DNA of 63,650 nt, filler included, from Aduncisulcus paluster (GCA_024181965.1; 14 parts of 14 records of this genome joined end to end with filler, not necessarily neighbours in it); one strand, 5' to 3'. Shown: positions 13,401 through 25,443, counted from the whole stretch's first letter. Numbers and translations are program-made. The notes: a model not told the origin generated them from the sequence alone.

Positions 13401-15335
13401 GGAATATACACTTGATACAATTGATCACAATCATCTCCATACCATGCAGCTCGACATCCACATGTGATGGATGAAGCTCCTTCCTCAAGAACAGGCATCA
13501 TATTGGAATGGCCTTCACATACTTGGACACGAATGGCATCATCAACAGAGGCACTCACAGATACACAAGTTCCACTTTCAGTATTAAGTTCAGAGCCACT
13601 ATCACATGCAGAAACACACTCTCCAGTCGATTTGTCGAGATAGTACCCATTCCAGCACTCAACAGCCCATTGATCGGGATACACTTCACGACACACTTGG
13701 TAGGATGAAGAAGACACAGATGCAGAACAATGGCATGTTTGGTCAGAATATGTTATAGATGATAGGGTTGAGAAGTTGGATTGTAGAGCACTCACCATTC
13801 CTTCGATATCACAGATGTTATTGCCACTGATGTCAAGGGTTGTGAGAACTCCATCAATACTATCAGGAAACATGGAAGATGTGATGAGAACAGACACATC
13901 AGAGATGTTGTTGTTGGAGAGATCAAGTGAAGTGAGTTTGAAGGGTTGTGTGTATGTGTCAAGTCCTAAAGCATTATCAACAATAGGAGTCAGATCAAGA
14001 ATATCGCCAACAGCACTCAATCCACACCCACTCGCAGAGAGAGATGTGAGACCAGAATCAATGGAACCATAATCATTCGAAGCAATTACAGCCTTCGCTA
14101 AGATCTGAACAACCAACTTATCATACTCGGCATTATCATTGATATCTCCACTCAAGTCATACCCATCAATGTTGAGAGATGTCAGTGAAGTGGCATACTC
14201 AAGACCTTGCAGAGTCGTAATGGAATTCACAGATGATATGCCCATATCTGTTACAATGGATGAGAGAGACAAAGAGGAAGAAGGACATGACAGAGAACTC
14301 CTCAATGTGGCAACACTAATCATCCCATTGGATTCAATATCAGAGCTAATCAGACATCCATTGGTGGGATCAGACAAATAAGCCCGAATATTATCATCAT
14401 GAATGGTATAACATATGAGATCACCATCATCAACAGAGCCACTCGTCTTTGCAATGAAAGCACATTCTTTAACTGGAGTATCAGCAACACTGTTGTACAC
14501 TTCGTTAAGAACAATGGAAGGACAATTTGATCCACTGCAATAATAATAATTATCCAAGTTAATTGGACAGGAGTTGGGAAGGAAATAACCATCCTTGCTG
14601 CTTTGACTCGAATAATGGATAGGGAAAACAGCTGCAATGAAATCCCAGTAAGGGGTATCATCTTCTGACCGACAAAGAGGGATAAATGCGGACTTACTTG
14701 TATTTGAAATATGCAACATATACATCCCAACATTTCTAAATGATACAGAAATATCATAGATTTGTTCGTTTCCGTAGATATACAAATATTGTAATCTATT
14801 CAAAGTAAACAAAGAATTGAAATCATAAATGTTGAGACTATAATCACTATTAGCAAAAATATATAAATATAATAATTGATTAAGGGGGGAAAGGGAATTA
14901 GCAGATGTGACATCTGTATTTGCACCTTGGAAAAAAGACAAATTAATTAAATATTGTACACCTTCAAATGACTTAATATGAGTACTACCTACGTTAAATA
15001 TTACAGACTGCCCAGCCATCTCAAACTCAGACACGTCACAAGGGATCGCTCCATATCCGGCATAATTACACACTTTCTCCCTGAACAACTCATCTGGAAT
15101 ATACACTTGATACAATTGATCACAATCATCTCCATACCATGCAGCTCGACATCCACATGTGATGGATGAAGCTCCTTCCTCAAGAACAGGCATCATATTG
15201 GAATGGCCTTCACATACTTGGACACGAATGGCATCATCAACAGAGGCACTCATATATACACAAGTTCCACTTTCAGTATCAAGTTCAAAGCCACTATCAC
15301 ATGCAGCAACACATTCTCCAGTCGATTTGTCGAGA
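10412..15335 (-). CDS. Large modular LRR + Cys-rich (EGF-like) surface-type protein, partial at both ends
   Basis: Internalin-like caps (IPDELFREKVC, IPDSNLRSAVC) and LRR blocks ending in N-x-I-C alternate with Cys modules (CGCRAAWYGDDCD, CSGGCEYGYECRY). 13395-13650 and 15092-15335 form a near-identical internal repeat. Confidence 0.9.
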
Positions 15336-15435
15336 NNNNNNNNNNNNNNNNNNNNNNNNNNNNNNNNNNNNNNNNNNNNTTAATTAATTAANNNNNNNNN
15401 NNNNNNNNNNNNNNNNNNNNNNNNNNNNNNNNNNN

Positions 15436-15895
15436 GAACATTAGAATTGACCCAGTGACGACCTCGGAAACAAATGCCTCTGTGCCCCCACTTGGTGCTG
15501 CAACGGAACGACCGCAGCCCACGACTGCCACTGCGGTGGACTATGGTGGTGGAGACGACAAGGAAGAGGAGGAAAGCGCGGAAAAGATGTCTACGGATGA
15601 ATTAAACTCAATGTTTGTTAATTGCAGCTATGCTGACCTTCGGCATATTCCAATTACACCTTTTGCTGTGTTATCAAACGGGTTCATGGGCACTTATGCT
15701 CTGAAATTCATTCATGGAATCGCAATGCAAGCATCGGATTTCAACACGCCTGGGGACTCTAGGAGTGAGAGGAGCAGGAGGTGGAAAGAAAGACTCCTGG
15801 TCCGGCTCGGATGTGCATTATGTCGCAGAGAGCTGGGCTGTCTCAAGGATTATGAAATGAAGACGTTGGAAACTGATCCCAGGCCGCCTGTATGA
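15436..15895 (+). mobile_element. Probable 3' end of an RLE-type (CRE/SLACS-like) non-LTR retrotransposon ORF
   Basis: RIDPVTTS ... YADLRHIPITPFAVLSNGFMGTYALKFIHGIA ... WKERLLVRLGCALCRRE resembles the C-terminal pattern of restriction-like-endonuclease elements (KY..L...F.PFAVE..G..G..A..FL..LA ... RL...LQR.N). It is GC-richer than its flank. Confidence 0.45.
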
Positions 15896-16247
15896 CGTGT
15901 CTGGAGACCTCTGTTTTAAACCAAAAACTGAAGTTTTTCTGAAAGAAAAATTTATATAGCAAAATATTACTTATCAAAAGGAAGTCTTTGTTTATTTCTT
16001 TTCGCACAAAGCAGAGTTTGCCGTCATATAAATAAAAAGAGTGATCTTTATAGATTCATAATCTGGCCTTTGATCGGTCTATTTTAATCTTTTTTATTTA
16101 TCTTAGTAAAAGTTTAAATGATTTTTTGACCCCCTTTATATATTAATTTTACAGAATGCGCCGGAATACCACAAAATTCAGAATTTTGTTGTTTGTGAAA
16201 TATTTTAGAAATAGAACGTTTATAAATTTGTTTACAAAATAGTATTA

Positions 16248-19200
16248 ATGGATAATATGTCATTGGATGATCCTGAATTTCAGTCTTTTCAACATTTTCT
16301 AGATCTATCTCTCTCAGGTCGCGAATTACCAGATTCCGACAAATTGAGTAGTTTAAAAAGTATTTTAACATCATATCCATTATTGCTTAGGCTTGATATC
16401 TCCAATAATCATATATCTTCCCTTGAAGGTATTGATCAATGCCCACAACTGAAATCAATTGATTTATCAAATAATATTATTATATCTTGGTCTTCTTTGC
16501 GGCCATTAACTTCATTAAAATTTCTCAAAAGTCTTTATATACGGGGAAATCCACTCCCTCTCTCCCCTTCATTTATTCAATCATATGTTGCAAAATTTTC
16601 GAAAGAAAAGTTATTCACACTGATTCTTCGCGCTATAACTCTCGAATCAACTCACTCTACATCCATTCATACCTCTCGATCTTCACACGAGCGAAATTCT
16701 CCTTCCACCTTTGTTAATCTTATTTCCTTTTTCAAAAGGCTTGTCGTGATATCTATTCTGCCACAATTAGTTTCTCTCGATGGTGTTCCAATCACAGATG
16801 ACGATCGTCTACTTTCTTCAAGTCTTGTCGATTTACAGCGATTCTTTCCAACTTCCCACGGATTTATTCATGATCATGACAGCACATTATCGACATTATC
16901 CTCATCAACTAATACGAATATATCACATTTGACCCTCGTTGATTCCGTTTCTGGAGCTCTTCAAGGCATGGAGCAGAAACCATCGATTCCACAATATCAC
17001 ACGCTAGAAGAGGAAGATGAAGCTGTGCAATTCAAAAATTATTCACATAAACTAACAAAACAACATGATTACACCATAATTGCCTCCCCAAAACGATCTC
17101 ACGTAGTTCCATTCACCCCTAATAGTTCTGGAGATAGTCGACCCATTCGTATTGTTACAAATACCAAACACTCATCATCTCCAACGATATTTGTCTATAA
17201 ACCTTCTGTTGTCGGTGAATTTGATATTCCTTCGATTCCTCCCCGTCCTCATGATAAACCATCATTACCTCCAAGAGAAAAGTATGGTGATCTTAGCTCA
17301 GTTCAAACGAATAGTACAACGAATTCATCATCCAAAACAATTCAACAAAGATCCACGACAGGCTTCATTGTTGCAAAGGGACCTCAATCTTCTTCTTCTT
17401 GTTTCACTTCCCCAAAAAAGGAAAAGTCTTTTGAAGAAATTGACCGCAAAGAACAAACAATGCATATTCAAAAGAGAGAGATTCTGCATGGACCTTCCTT
17501 TAAAGACTACTATAAAGATGCTATGAAGACAATGCACATTGAGGGTGAGGGTGATGATGTTGTAGTTGGATCTGACAATGGTAATTATGAGGAGCATGAG
17601 CATGAGCATGAAAAGAGTAGCCAGTTATTCCAGGCTGATCCTGAATCGTCTCTTGGAATTTCTAGCGGAAAAACAATGAAGAAAAAGAGAACGACAACAA
17701 GTCGAAAAAAGAAAAAACACGCCAATTCATCGAAAGCAGCGAAAGGAGGTCACAAACCAATCGAATCTTCATCATCAGCATCATTATCATCATCCTTGAA
17801 GCCATCTTTCTCATCTGTTTCTAAAAATAGGTACAATCAACATTCTCACAGGATGAGTGGAAAACATAAATATCGGCCCTCAAGCGCTCCACTTCGAAAC
17901 CATCACCGTCGTCCTATTTCTATTCAAGGAATTACAGTGAAACCGATGCCGACACTTGATTTATCTGAGTTTGAAACCATTAGAAAGAGAAAAGAACAAG
18001 AGAAAGCCAAGAGATTGAAGGAAGCCATTCTTTATGAAACCAAACGAATTCGAGAAGATCGACGGAAATCTCACAAGAAAGCACACGATCTCGATAAAAT
18101 ATGGCGCAAAAAAACCATGAAAGTATCATCAATGCCTCCAGCCTCTTTTAAGATTCGACCTAACCGAACTCAACAGCTCTCTCCCTCTTCCTCTCTCAAG
18201 ATTCACACAAGGCCCATCTCCGTGTCTAGTGTTCTTCCCCATACTACCTCCTCAGCAACCAAGCCTGCACCACATTCTCCCTCTCCCTCTGAAGTTATTC
18301 ATACCACAGTTAAAGCCAAAGAAGGAATCTCATCCATCGGTGTTCACGGTTTCCTTCATAAGAGTCGGAAAATACACTCTCCTCTTGGTATTTCTACAGA
18401 GAAGAAGAAGAGAGAATCATCCCATGGTGATATGGAGTATAACATGATAAATACTGATGCCGATGCTGATCAAGCTATTATTTCTTCATGGAGCATTGAT
18501 GGCAGAGAAGGAAAAGAAGGAAGAGAAGGAAAAGAAGGAAGAGGAGGAAAAGAAGGAAGAGAAGGAAAAGAAGGAAGAGAAGGAAAGGAAGAAGTTCCCC
18601 TAAGCAGAGTGAGTGAGCATGCAAGAATGACTCAATCCAGAAGAGATGGAAAGAGTAACCCCACAAGAGAGACAGATGACTTGACTCAACGTGATTATCT
18701 GAACAATGCCAGTGAGAGAGATAAAATCGAAGTAATAATGATGGCGCACAAGAGAAAAGAGTTGAAGGGAAAGGAGAGGAAAGGACAGAGAGAAGGAAAG
18801 ACTTCAACCGCCTCAACAACTATGGCGACTCTTGAACAATCGACTATTCCTTCGCAATTACATGAGAGAGGAAAGAAGCGAGGGAAGAAAAAGAAAGAAA
18901 AGAAATCGATGTTGAGCATGAAGAAAGCTCATCAAGGAATCAAGAAGGGCAAGAACAAACCTTTGATGTCCTCCAATTCTTTAGAAGCTTCTTCTTCAAC
19001 TCAGAAAAATGCCTCCCTGAAGAGAGAAGAAAGAGAAGTATTTGTGGATGAATCTTCTTCTAGTCATTCTGAGGTTGGACAGGAAAAGATACCACGTAAC
19101 CCATCCTTACACAATGAACTTAATGATATACCAATGCAAGACGATGGGTTTTTGTTCCCCCGTGGAGATACATTCGTAACATCTCCTTCATCTCTTCATC

Positions 19201-19895
19201 AAATCCGAGTTTGTGACCACAAACTTGCATCTAGAACCACAACTCAGCCCATATCAAAATCTATTGTTAATGCTGCTCAGCGATCTCAGTCACACCCTTT
19301 GTTAGGAGTCATTCCATCTGACATTTTATCTGTTGTTCATGATGTCACTATTCCAATCGATAGTAACGACTTTCATTCTTCTTCCTCCATAGTTTCTCAT
19401 CCCCTTCCAAATATAGAACACCCCAAAATAGCACAACCAGTGCAGGAGCAACCTCTCATTCAGCCTATTACCTCTTCTTATGAGGTGATAAAGCAGTATC
19501 GGGAATATATCACTGCTGATGAGGCCTCAAATAGTATCGATGATGTCCAATATGTTGAAAAAGAAAGACAAGCAAAAGAAAAAGAAGAAGAAGGAAAAGA
19601 AGAAGGAAAAGGAAAAGAAGAAGGAAGAGTTGGTGATGATTATATTCCTGGTTATGAATATGGAGACAATCAAGATATGATAGCCCCTCTCTTCTCTCAC
19701 CAAATAATTCCCACTCCACTAAACCCATTAAACAACGATAATGGCTTGTTAACAACGAAACGACAATATTTGTCAAGGGATTTTACTGAAAAGAAAAAGA
19801 AGAAGAAGGAAAAGAAGAAGGAAAAGGAAAAGAAGAAGGAAGAGTTGGTGATGATTATATTCCTGGTTATGAATATGGAGACAATCAAGATATGA
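16248..19895 (+). CDS. N-terminal LRR + LRRcap protein with a long disordered basic tail
   Basis: LDISNNHISSLEGIDQCPQLKSIDLSNNII...LYIRGNP and the LRRcap LPQLVSLDGVPITDDDR. The 3' end is confused by duplicated blocks at about 19626-20213. Confidence 0.8.
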   Translation: MDNMSLDDPEFQSFQHFLDLSLSGRELPDSDKLSSLKSILTSYPLLLRLDISNNHISSLEGIDQCPQLKSIDLSNNIIISWSSLRPLTSLKFLKSLYIRGNPLPLSPSFIQSYVAKFSKEKLFTLILRAITLESTHSTSIHTSRSSHERNSPSTFVNLISFFKRLVVISILPQLVSLDGVPITDDDRLLSSSLVDLQRFFPTSHGFIHDHDSTLSTLSSSTNTNISHLTLVDSVSGALQGMEQKPSIPQYHTLEEEDEAVQFKNYSHKLTKQHDYTIIASPKRSHVVPFTPNSSGDSRPIRIVTNTKHSSSPTIFVYKPSVVGEFDIPSIPPRPHDKPSLPPREKYGDLSSVQTNSTTNSSSKTIQQRSTTGFIVAKGPQSSSSCFTSPKKEKSFEEIDRKEQTMHIQKREILHGPSFKDYYKDAMKTMHIEGEGDDVVVGSDNGNYEEHEHEHEKSSQLFQADPESSLGISSGKTMKKKRTTTSRKKKKHANSSKAAKGGHKPIESSSSASLSSSLKPSFSSVSKNRYNQHSHRMSGKHKYRPSSAPLRNHHRRPISIQGITVKPMPTLDLSEFETIRKRKEQEKAKRLKEAILYETKRIREDRRKSHKKAHDLDKIWRKKTMKVSSMPPASFKIRPNRTQQLSPSSSLKIHTRPISVSSVLPHTTSSATKPAPHSPSPSEVIHTTVKAKEGISSIGVHGFLHKSRKIHSPLGISTEKKKRESSHGDMEYNMINTDADADQAIISSWSIDGREGKEGREGKEGRGGKEGREGKEGREGKEEVPLSRVSEHARMTQSRRDGKSNPTRETDDLTQRDYLNNASERDKIEVIMMAHKRKELKGKERKGQREGKTSTASTTMATLEQSTIPSQLHERGKKRGKKKKEKKSMLSMKKAHQGIKKGKNKPLMSSNSLEASSSTQKNASLKREEREVFVDESSSSHSEVGQEKIPRNPSLHNELNDIPMQDDGFLFPRGDTFVTSPSSLHQIRVCDHKLASRTTTQPISKSIVNAAQRSQSHPLLGVIPSDILSVVHDVTIPIDSNDFHSSSSIVSHPLPNIEHPKIAQPVQEQPLIQPITSSYEVIKQYREYITADEASNSIDDVQYVEKERQAKEKEEEGKEEGKGKEEGRVGDDYIPGYEYGDNQDMIAPLFSHQIIPTPLNPLNNDNGLLTTKRQYLSRDFTEKKKKKKEKKKEKEKKKEELVMIIFLVMNMETIKI
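18501..18590 (+). repeat. Coding 18-bp minisatellite (GREGKE)x5
   Basis: GGAAGAGAAGGAAAAGAA units. Confidence 0.85.
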
Positions 19896-20803
19896 TAGCC
19901 CCTCTCTTCTCTCACCAAATAATTCCCACTCCACTAAACCCATTAAACAACGATAATGGCTTGTTAACAACGAAACGACAATATTTGTCAAGGGATTTTA
20001 CTGAAAAGAAAATGAAAATGGAGGAAACGAGCGAAGGAAAATCTATAGGAAAATCCAGTAAGAAAATAGGACCATATCAAACAAAGAAACTCCCCAAAAA
20101 AGATTTAACAATGCAGCAAAAGAAAAAAACGAGGATTTGTCAAGGGATTTTACTGAAAAGAAAATGAAAATGGAGGAAACGAGCGAAGGAAAATCTATAG
20201 GAAAATCCAGTAAAAATATCACATCAAAAACCTCATCTAAAANNNNNNNNNNNNNNNNNNNNNNNNNNNNNNNNNNNNNNNNNNNNTTAATTAATTAANN
20301 NNNNNNNNNNNNNNNNNNNNNNNNNNNNNNNNNNNNNNNNNNATATGTATGTCTGTATTGAGTTTTATGGTGGTTTTAATGATATGTGATATTATTCTGG
20401 CTCACATTCTCATCCTCTTGTTCTTTGATCCTTTCATCAGGAAGTTATCTGAGGTATATTTTACTGTGGGTTTGACAAATGTCATTGAAAATAGAGTTTA
20501 ACTAGCCCAGATATGGAATGTATGATATAGATTGAGTCCAAATAGAAATATGGTTCTTTCAAGGTTTGATTAGATTCAGAGATATCTCCATGGAAAAGGT
20601 TACAACATCCTAAACTGTGCTAGAATTAATAGTAAATCATCAGACCATAATCGAAGGGAAAGAGACAATGATATATCTTCCATTAAAATGATATCTACAC
20701 AGCTAAATATAACCCTTTACCAAATAAATATGATATGGTTGTATAATAAATTGAGATATAATTCAATAAAATCACATGAATAATCATATGAATATTTTAC
20801 AAA

Positions 20804-22768
20804 CTATTTATCCTCGATCTTGAAGAAACTTATTCTCTTCTGATTCAGACCACGGATACCAATGGCAGAGCTGTCGGCTAGCCATTGGGGTGACCGAAGT
20901 CCAATTCCAGGCCCGAAAGGTCTCTCAATCCTTAGAACAACCTTACAGTCGTCAACATTGACAATATCTACAGTACAATTTGTCTTATCTATGGCCAGAT
21001 ATTTACCATTCGGACTCAAGGATACTGACTGGGGCTCGAAAGGTTCAGGAAGTGGGACAGAAGCTCTGAATATGAGAGGATTATCAATAGAATCTGAATC
21101 AATATCTTTTTCATCGGCAATCTCAAAGATCGTGATACAATTTCTCTTCTCAATAAGAACAGTTCTAGTGTATTTATAGACAGGAACAATCTTTGTCTTA
21201 TGTTTCTTTTCAGAACTCTTTGCAGAAATCTCCTCTTCTTCTTTCTCCTTCTTGCTGGCATCTTTTTTACGATCATGTTTGCCTGGTTTTTCTATCTCTT
21301 TCTCTCCAACAAGCTCTGAAATAACACACATGTTACGAATCTTACCGTCACATGAACATACCTTGGAGATATTCAAGGGGAAAGTAGTATCTCTTGGAGG
21401 AGCTTTAGACAGGGATGCCTTCTTCTCGGCAACAGCAGATTCTGTTTCTGTAGCACGCTCGGCACGACGAGCCTGTTCCTCTGCTTCTTTAAGCTTAGCA
21501 GCCTCTTCTTCCTTGCGAAGCTTCTTCTCTCGCTTCAGACGATCTTTTCGTTGTTCTTTTGTCTCATGTCTCACTTTCTTCTCTTGTCCGTCAACAATAA
21601 TCGTGTCTTTCTTCAGTTCTTTCTCGGTGCACATGACTAACTGGCTGTAATCCCCACAAGAGAGACTCAGACAACTTCCACAGTTTCCACTGAGATTCTG
21701 GACCTTGGAGCCACTCACGGAATGCTCACTCAGATCATTGTTTGTGCGAGTAGACACATGGAAGACCTCAATGGAATCGTTGGACATGACGACGGCCACA
21801 CAGACGCTGGACAGAGCAAGAGGAGATGTGGAGGAGAGGAAAGTGGTTGTACTTCCTGGGAAAAGCTCATCAGGGGAGATGGATGAGGATGGGATGGAAG
21901 AGGCAAGAGCATCAGCAACAATGGCATCATTAATCTCTTCTTTAGTCCTTTCTTTCCTCAAGGGGGCCACACCACTCAACTTAAGATAAATGGCACCGAT
22001 GGGGGCAGCATACTCCTTAAGAATCTTGAAGGAAACATCTTTTGTGATTTGTATGATCACAATCATCTTACCACCACCAATGATAGCAGCAAGAATGTCT
22101 CGAGAGAGGAAGATGACTTGTTTGGGATCCTGACGAGGACCACTAAGAGCCAAAGAACGATGTGTTTTAATTCCTTTTGAAGAAAGGTCTCGAGCATCGG
22201 CAAGACGGATCTCAGAGTGGGTACATAACACAATTCGAGAAGGAGTCGTTTCGAGTGAAGTGGGAGCGTGGGGCCAGATGTCATAACCTAAAACGGGTTC
22301 AACCATACCCTTAAACTGGTAGGATGGAGTTGAAATGCTGGGTGGAGGAGGAACTCGAGAAGGAACAGGAATACTATCTTCAGAATCTTCTGTCTCTAAT
22401 CCAGCTTTAATACGTTCTTGTTTCTCTGCCAAACGTTTTCTTCTTTCTCTTCTTCTTTGAGTTTCTTTCCTGCTCTGTTCCCTTTTAGCTTTGGCTTGTT
22501 GAGTACTTCCGACAAAACACATAACAAGNNNNNNNNNNNNNNNNNNNNTACTATCTTCAGAATCTTCTGTCTCTAATCCAGCTTTAATACGTTCTTGTTT
22601 CTCTGCCAAACGTTTTCTTCTTTCTCTTCTTCTTTGAGTTTCTTTCCTGCTCTGTTCCCTTTTAGCTTTGGCTTGTTGAGTACTTCCGACAAAACACATA
22701 ACAAGTAAAAACAACCCCACAGCAGCTGTCGTTGTGGATAAAAATAATACATGTTTCTCTATTTCCAT
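20804..22768 (-). CDS. Membrane-anchored WD40 protein, TBL2-like
   Basis: An N-terminal TM helix is followed by a charged segment. IRLADARDLSSKGIKTHRSLAL and the C-terminal SVSLSPNGKYLAI...RISFFKI resemble TBL2 WD repeats. It contains a 157-bp duplication (22372-22528 / 22549-22705) around a 20-N gap. Confidence 0.55.
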   Translation of the reverse strand: MEIEKHVLFLSTTTAAVGLFLLVMCFVGSTQQAKAKREQSRKETQRRRERRKRLAEKQERIKAGLETEDSEDSXXXXXXXLVMCFVGSTQQAKAKREQSRKETQRRRERRKRLAEKQERIKAGLETEDSEDSIPVPSRVPPPPSISTPSYQFKGMVEPVLGYDIWPHAPTSLETTPSRIVLCTHSEIRLADARDLSSKGIKTHRSLALSGPRQDPKQVIFLSRDILAAIIGGGKMIVIIQITKDVSFKILKEYAAPIGAIYLKLSGVAPLRKERTKEEINDAIVADALASSIPSSSISPDELFPGSTTTFLSSTSPLALSSVCVAVVMSNDSIEVFHVSTRTNNDLSEHSVSGSKVQNLSGNCGSCLSLSCGDYSQLVMCTEKELKKDTIIVDGQEKKVRHETKEQRKDRLKREKKLRKEEEAAKLKEAEEQARRAERATETESAVAEKKASLSKAPPRDTTFPLNISKVCSCDGKIRNMCVISELVGEKEIEKPGKHDRKKDASKKEKEEEEISAKSSEKKHKTKIVPVYKYTRTVLIEKRNCITIFEIADEKDIDSDSIDNPLIFRASVPLPEPFEPQSVSLSPNGKYLAIDKTNCTVDIVNVDDCKVVLRIERPFGPGIGLRSPQWLADSSAIGIRGLNQKRISFFKIEDK

Positions 22769-22956
22769 ATTTTGTCCGTAGATTTAAGAGGGGTCCTCTC
22801 AATAACAAGAAAATTAAGAATTTATTCTTTGTTCTGAATCATTGAAAAGATGGGTTCAAAATATATAGGATATGGATAAACCTGATTTTTTAGATCATGA
22901 AATTGATTAATTTATTCACAAAAAACTTGAAATGTCATGAAGTCACGTTGCACAAA

Positions 22957-23643
22957 TTACTTCGAAAATTGAAGAGGGACATCGTCTTCCATCTCAATAC
23001 TCCAATATTTATAATATTGATGCTTCCGAATACAGTACATGTCTTCCATTTCAGGCCGGAAAGAAGAAAACTCATCACCAATTTTGAATAAAGGTAATAC
23101 CGGAGTAATGGATGAAATATATGCTGCAGATATCTTTGAAAATACTAAAATATGAGATGATAATTGCTTTGTCCTTGATATTGAACATTCCAAAAAACAA
23201 ACTGAACTACTGATCATTGGAAGACTTAATTGACCTTTTATGATATCTACTGAGTGTTTTTGAAGATCTTCAGGAGAAAATAACCATTTTTTCTGCAATT
23301 CCAACATTAATGAGCGTTGGTGTTGACCTACAACATTCACAGCGAATTTAGATATTTTTTTCTCCCTAAGTTTTGAATATTGTTCACATGTTAGACAAAT
23401 CATAATATATGGCGGTCTTCCCGAACAAAAACTCCATGATGTAACGGGAAGTATAATCAGTTGATTAGGTGAATGTATTGAAAAGGCTGAGATCATAAGC
23501 ATTGTTTTTGGAAATAGAGATAATGCTTCACCCAATTCAAGGCGTTTTAATGGACGGAACATCCGGATGGAACTCCAATCAAAATCTCCGATATCATCAA
23601 CTCTTTCGTCGGAGGAATGGCTTGATGATTCTTCATCACACAT
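22957..23643 (-). CDS. Flavin reductase-like (FMN split-barrel) domain protein
   Basis: PVTSWSFCSGRPPYIMICL, FAVNVVGQHQ and PMISSSVCFLECSI...SHILVFSKI match the Flavin_Reduct pattern (S.EPP.V.V, F.VNVL, P.L......LEC.V......DH.L). Confidence 0.75.
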   Translation of the reverse strand: MCDEESSSHSSDERVDDIGDFDWSSIRMFRPLKRLELGEALSLFPKTMLMISAFSIHSPNQLIILPVTSWSFCSGRPPYIMICLTCEQYSKLREKKISKFAVNVVGQHQRSLMLELQKKWLFSPEDLQKHSVDIIKGQLSLPMISSSVCFLECSISRTKQLSSHILVFSKISAAYISSITPVLPLFKIGDEFSSFRPEMEDMYCIRKHQYYKYWSIEMEDDVPLQFSK

Positions 23644-23964
23644 TATAATATTTAATTATTTGTTCCACTGGCAAGTGACCATTTGATTGGGAGAAGGACA
23701 GCTTCCGCGGAAACTCCGAATTGACGACTTGTCACCATCACGAGATATGAGACACTTTTCCAAAATAAATGGGAAGCTGTTACATCTATTTTATAGCATT
23801 ATATTACTATTTCTGATTCTTATTTCGAAATATAAAATTCTTTGAAAGCAAAAACTGAATTTGGCTGAAATAGGAGAGGTGGGTGCATTATTTGCCTCAA
23901 TTATAATCTATTTTTGCTTATTTATTGTATTTAATTATTTTTGTCCTTAAATTAGTGTTGGAAA

Positions 23965-25343
23965 ATGTCGGAAATGACAATAGTTAGAACAAAGTATCTT
24001 GGCGGAATGATTGCTAAGATTACAAAGCGAAAGATGAAAAATCCATTTGAAATGTTGATGTGGTATTACAATAATCTCCATTTAGTTCCTCATGTGATCC
24101 GAGATATCTTTGATAAAGACAAAAATCCTGATCTCTGTGAACCAGATCCACCTCCAAAACCCCGGCCCAAAGTTGTTAGAAAGCCGGGAGCAAATCAGAA
24201 TAGACGTAAGAAACGTAGGAAGAAGAAACATTCTGCCTTTTCTTTATCTCCAAAAACCAAGAAGGAAACCAAGAAATCTAAGTCCTCAAAAACCGCTGGT
24301 GATGAGCTCTATCAGGAAGAAGAATCCTATGAGGAGGAAGAATTGTTCCCATTCCGTGTTGTTGAAGTTCCTCGACCTGAATCTGATCTTCTAATCCCCT
24401 CCATCCCTTCTCTTAAGCCTTCCTCAGTATACGAGCCTGGTCTATTCCATCTTCCCTCTTCCTTGTGGCTATATCACTCCCTCTCACATCCTCAGCGTCT
24501 CATGGAGTACTATGAAGACCTCTGTGCATGTGGCTGTGAGTGTCCTTGTGGAGGTTATTATGAAAGTGAATGTTTCTGCCCGGAATCTATCAATGCAAAA
24601 CGACACGAAGAAGAGGAAAAGGAGCAGATAGAGAGTGGAGATGAAGCCTCTGATGAAGATACGGCTATTAATGATTCAGGGGAAAAGGATAAGAAAGAGG
24701 TTGAACCTCTTACATCTATAAATATCTCTATTGAGAAACTTGAGAAAAGACCTACGAGAAAAGCGGCAAGTCATAATACTCTTCAATTTCAGGATTGGGA
24801 GGATGAAGAAGAAGAAGAAGAAGAAGAAGAAAGAAGATTAAAAACAGATTTGTCTTCTCCTTCCACAAGGTTAGCTGCAACAAAACGAGAGCAGAAATGT
24901 TCTGGTTTGTGTGGGAGGTGGAAAAAGATATATAAAGAACAGCTTGAAGAAGAGTATATTAACGTCCAACAGGAAAAGAGAAGGAGGATGAAAGTTTCCT
25001 CCAAAAAGGTCCCTGTTAAAAAGGTCCCTGTTAAAAAGGTCCCTGTTAAAAAGGGGCGTAAGAAATGGTTATCCATGAAATTCGATGAAGAGGAGAAAGG
25101 ACCTCGTAGGAGCAAACGCTTAGGGCATAACGATTGGGAAGAAGAAGAAGAAGAAGAAGAAGGAGAGCTGAATGAAGGTATTGGAAAGGAGAAAAAAGAA
25201 GAGGGAGAAGGAGAAGAGGAAGATTATTCATATTTATCTGTTGAAATGTTTGCCAAGAGGAAAGAAGCTGAAGAATTATCATTGGTTCGAAAATATGTTC
25301 CATCTGTCTTCAATCTCTCTTCTTTCCACTTAAACGATGAGGA
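23965..25343 (+). CDS. Hypothetical charged protein with a Cys cluster, 3'-partial
   Basis: ATG-started ORF that runs into the linker. It contains CACGCECPCGGYYESECFC and (AAAAAGGTCCCTGTT)x3 = KKVPV at 25003-25047. Confidence 0.7.
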
Positions 25344-25443
25344 NNNNNNNNNNNNNNNNNNNNNNNNNNNNNNNNNNNNNNNNNNNNTTAATTAATTAAN
25401 NNNNNNNNNNNNNNNNNNNNNNNNNNNNNNNNNNNNNNNNNNN

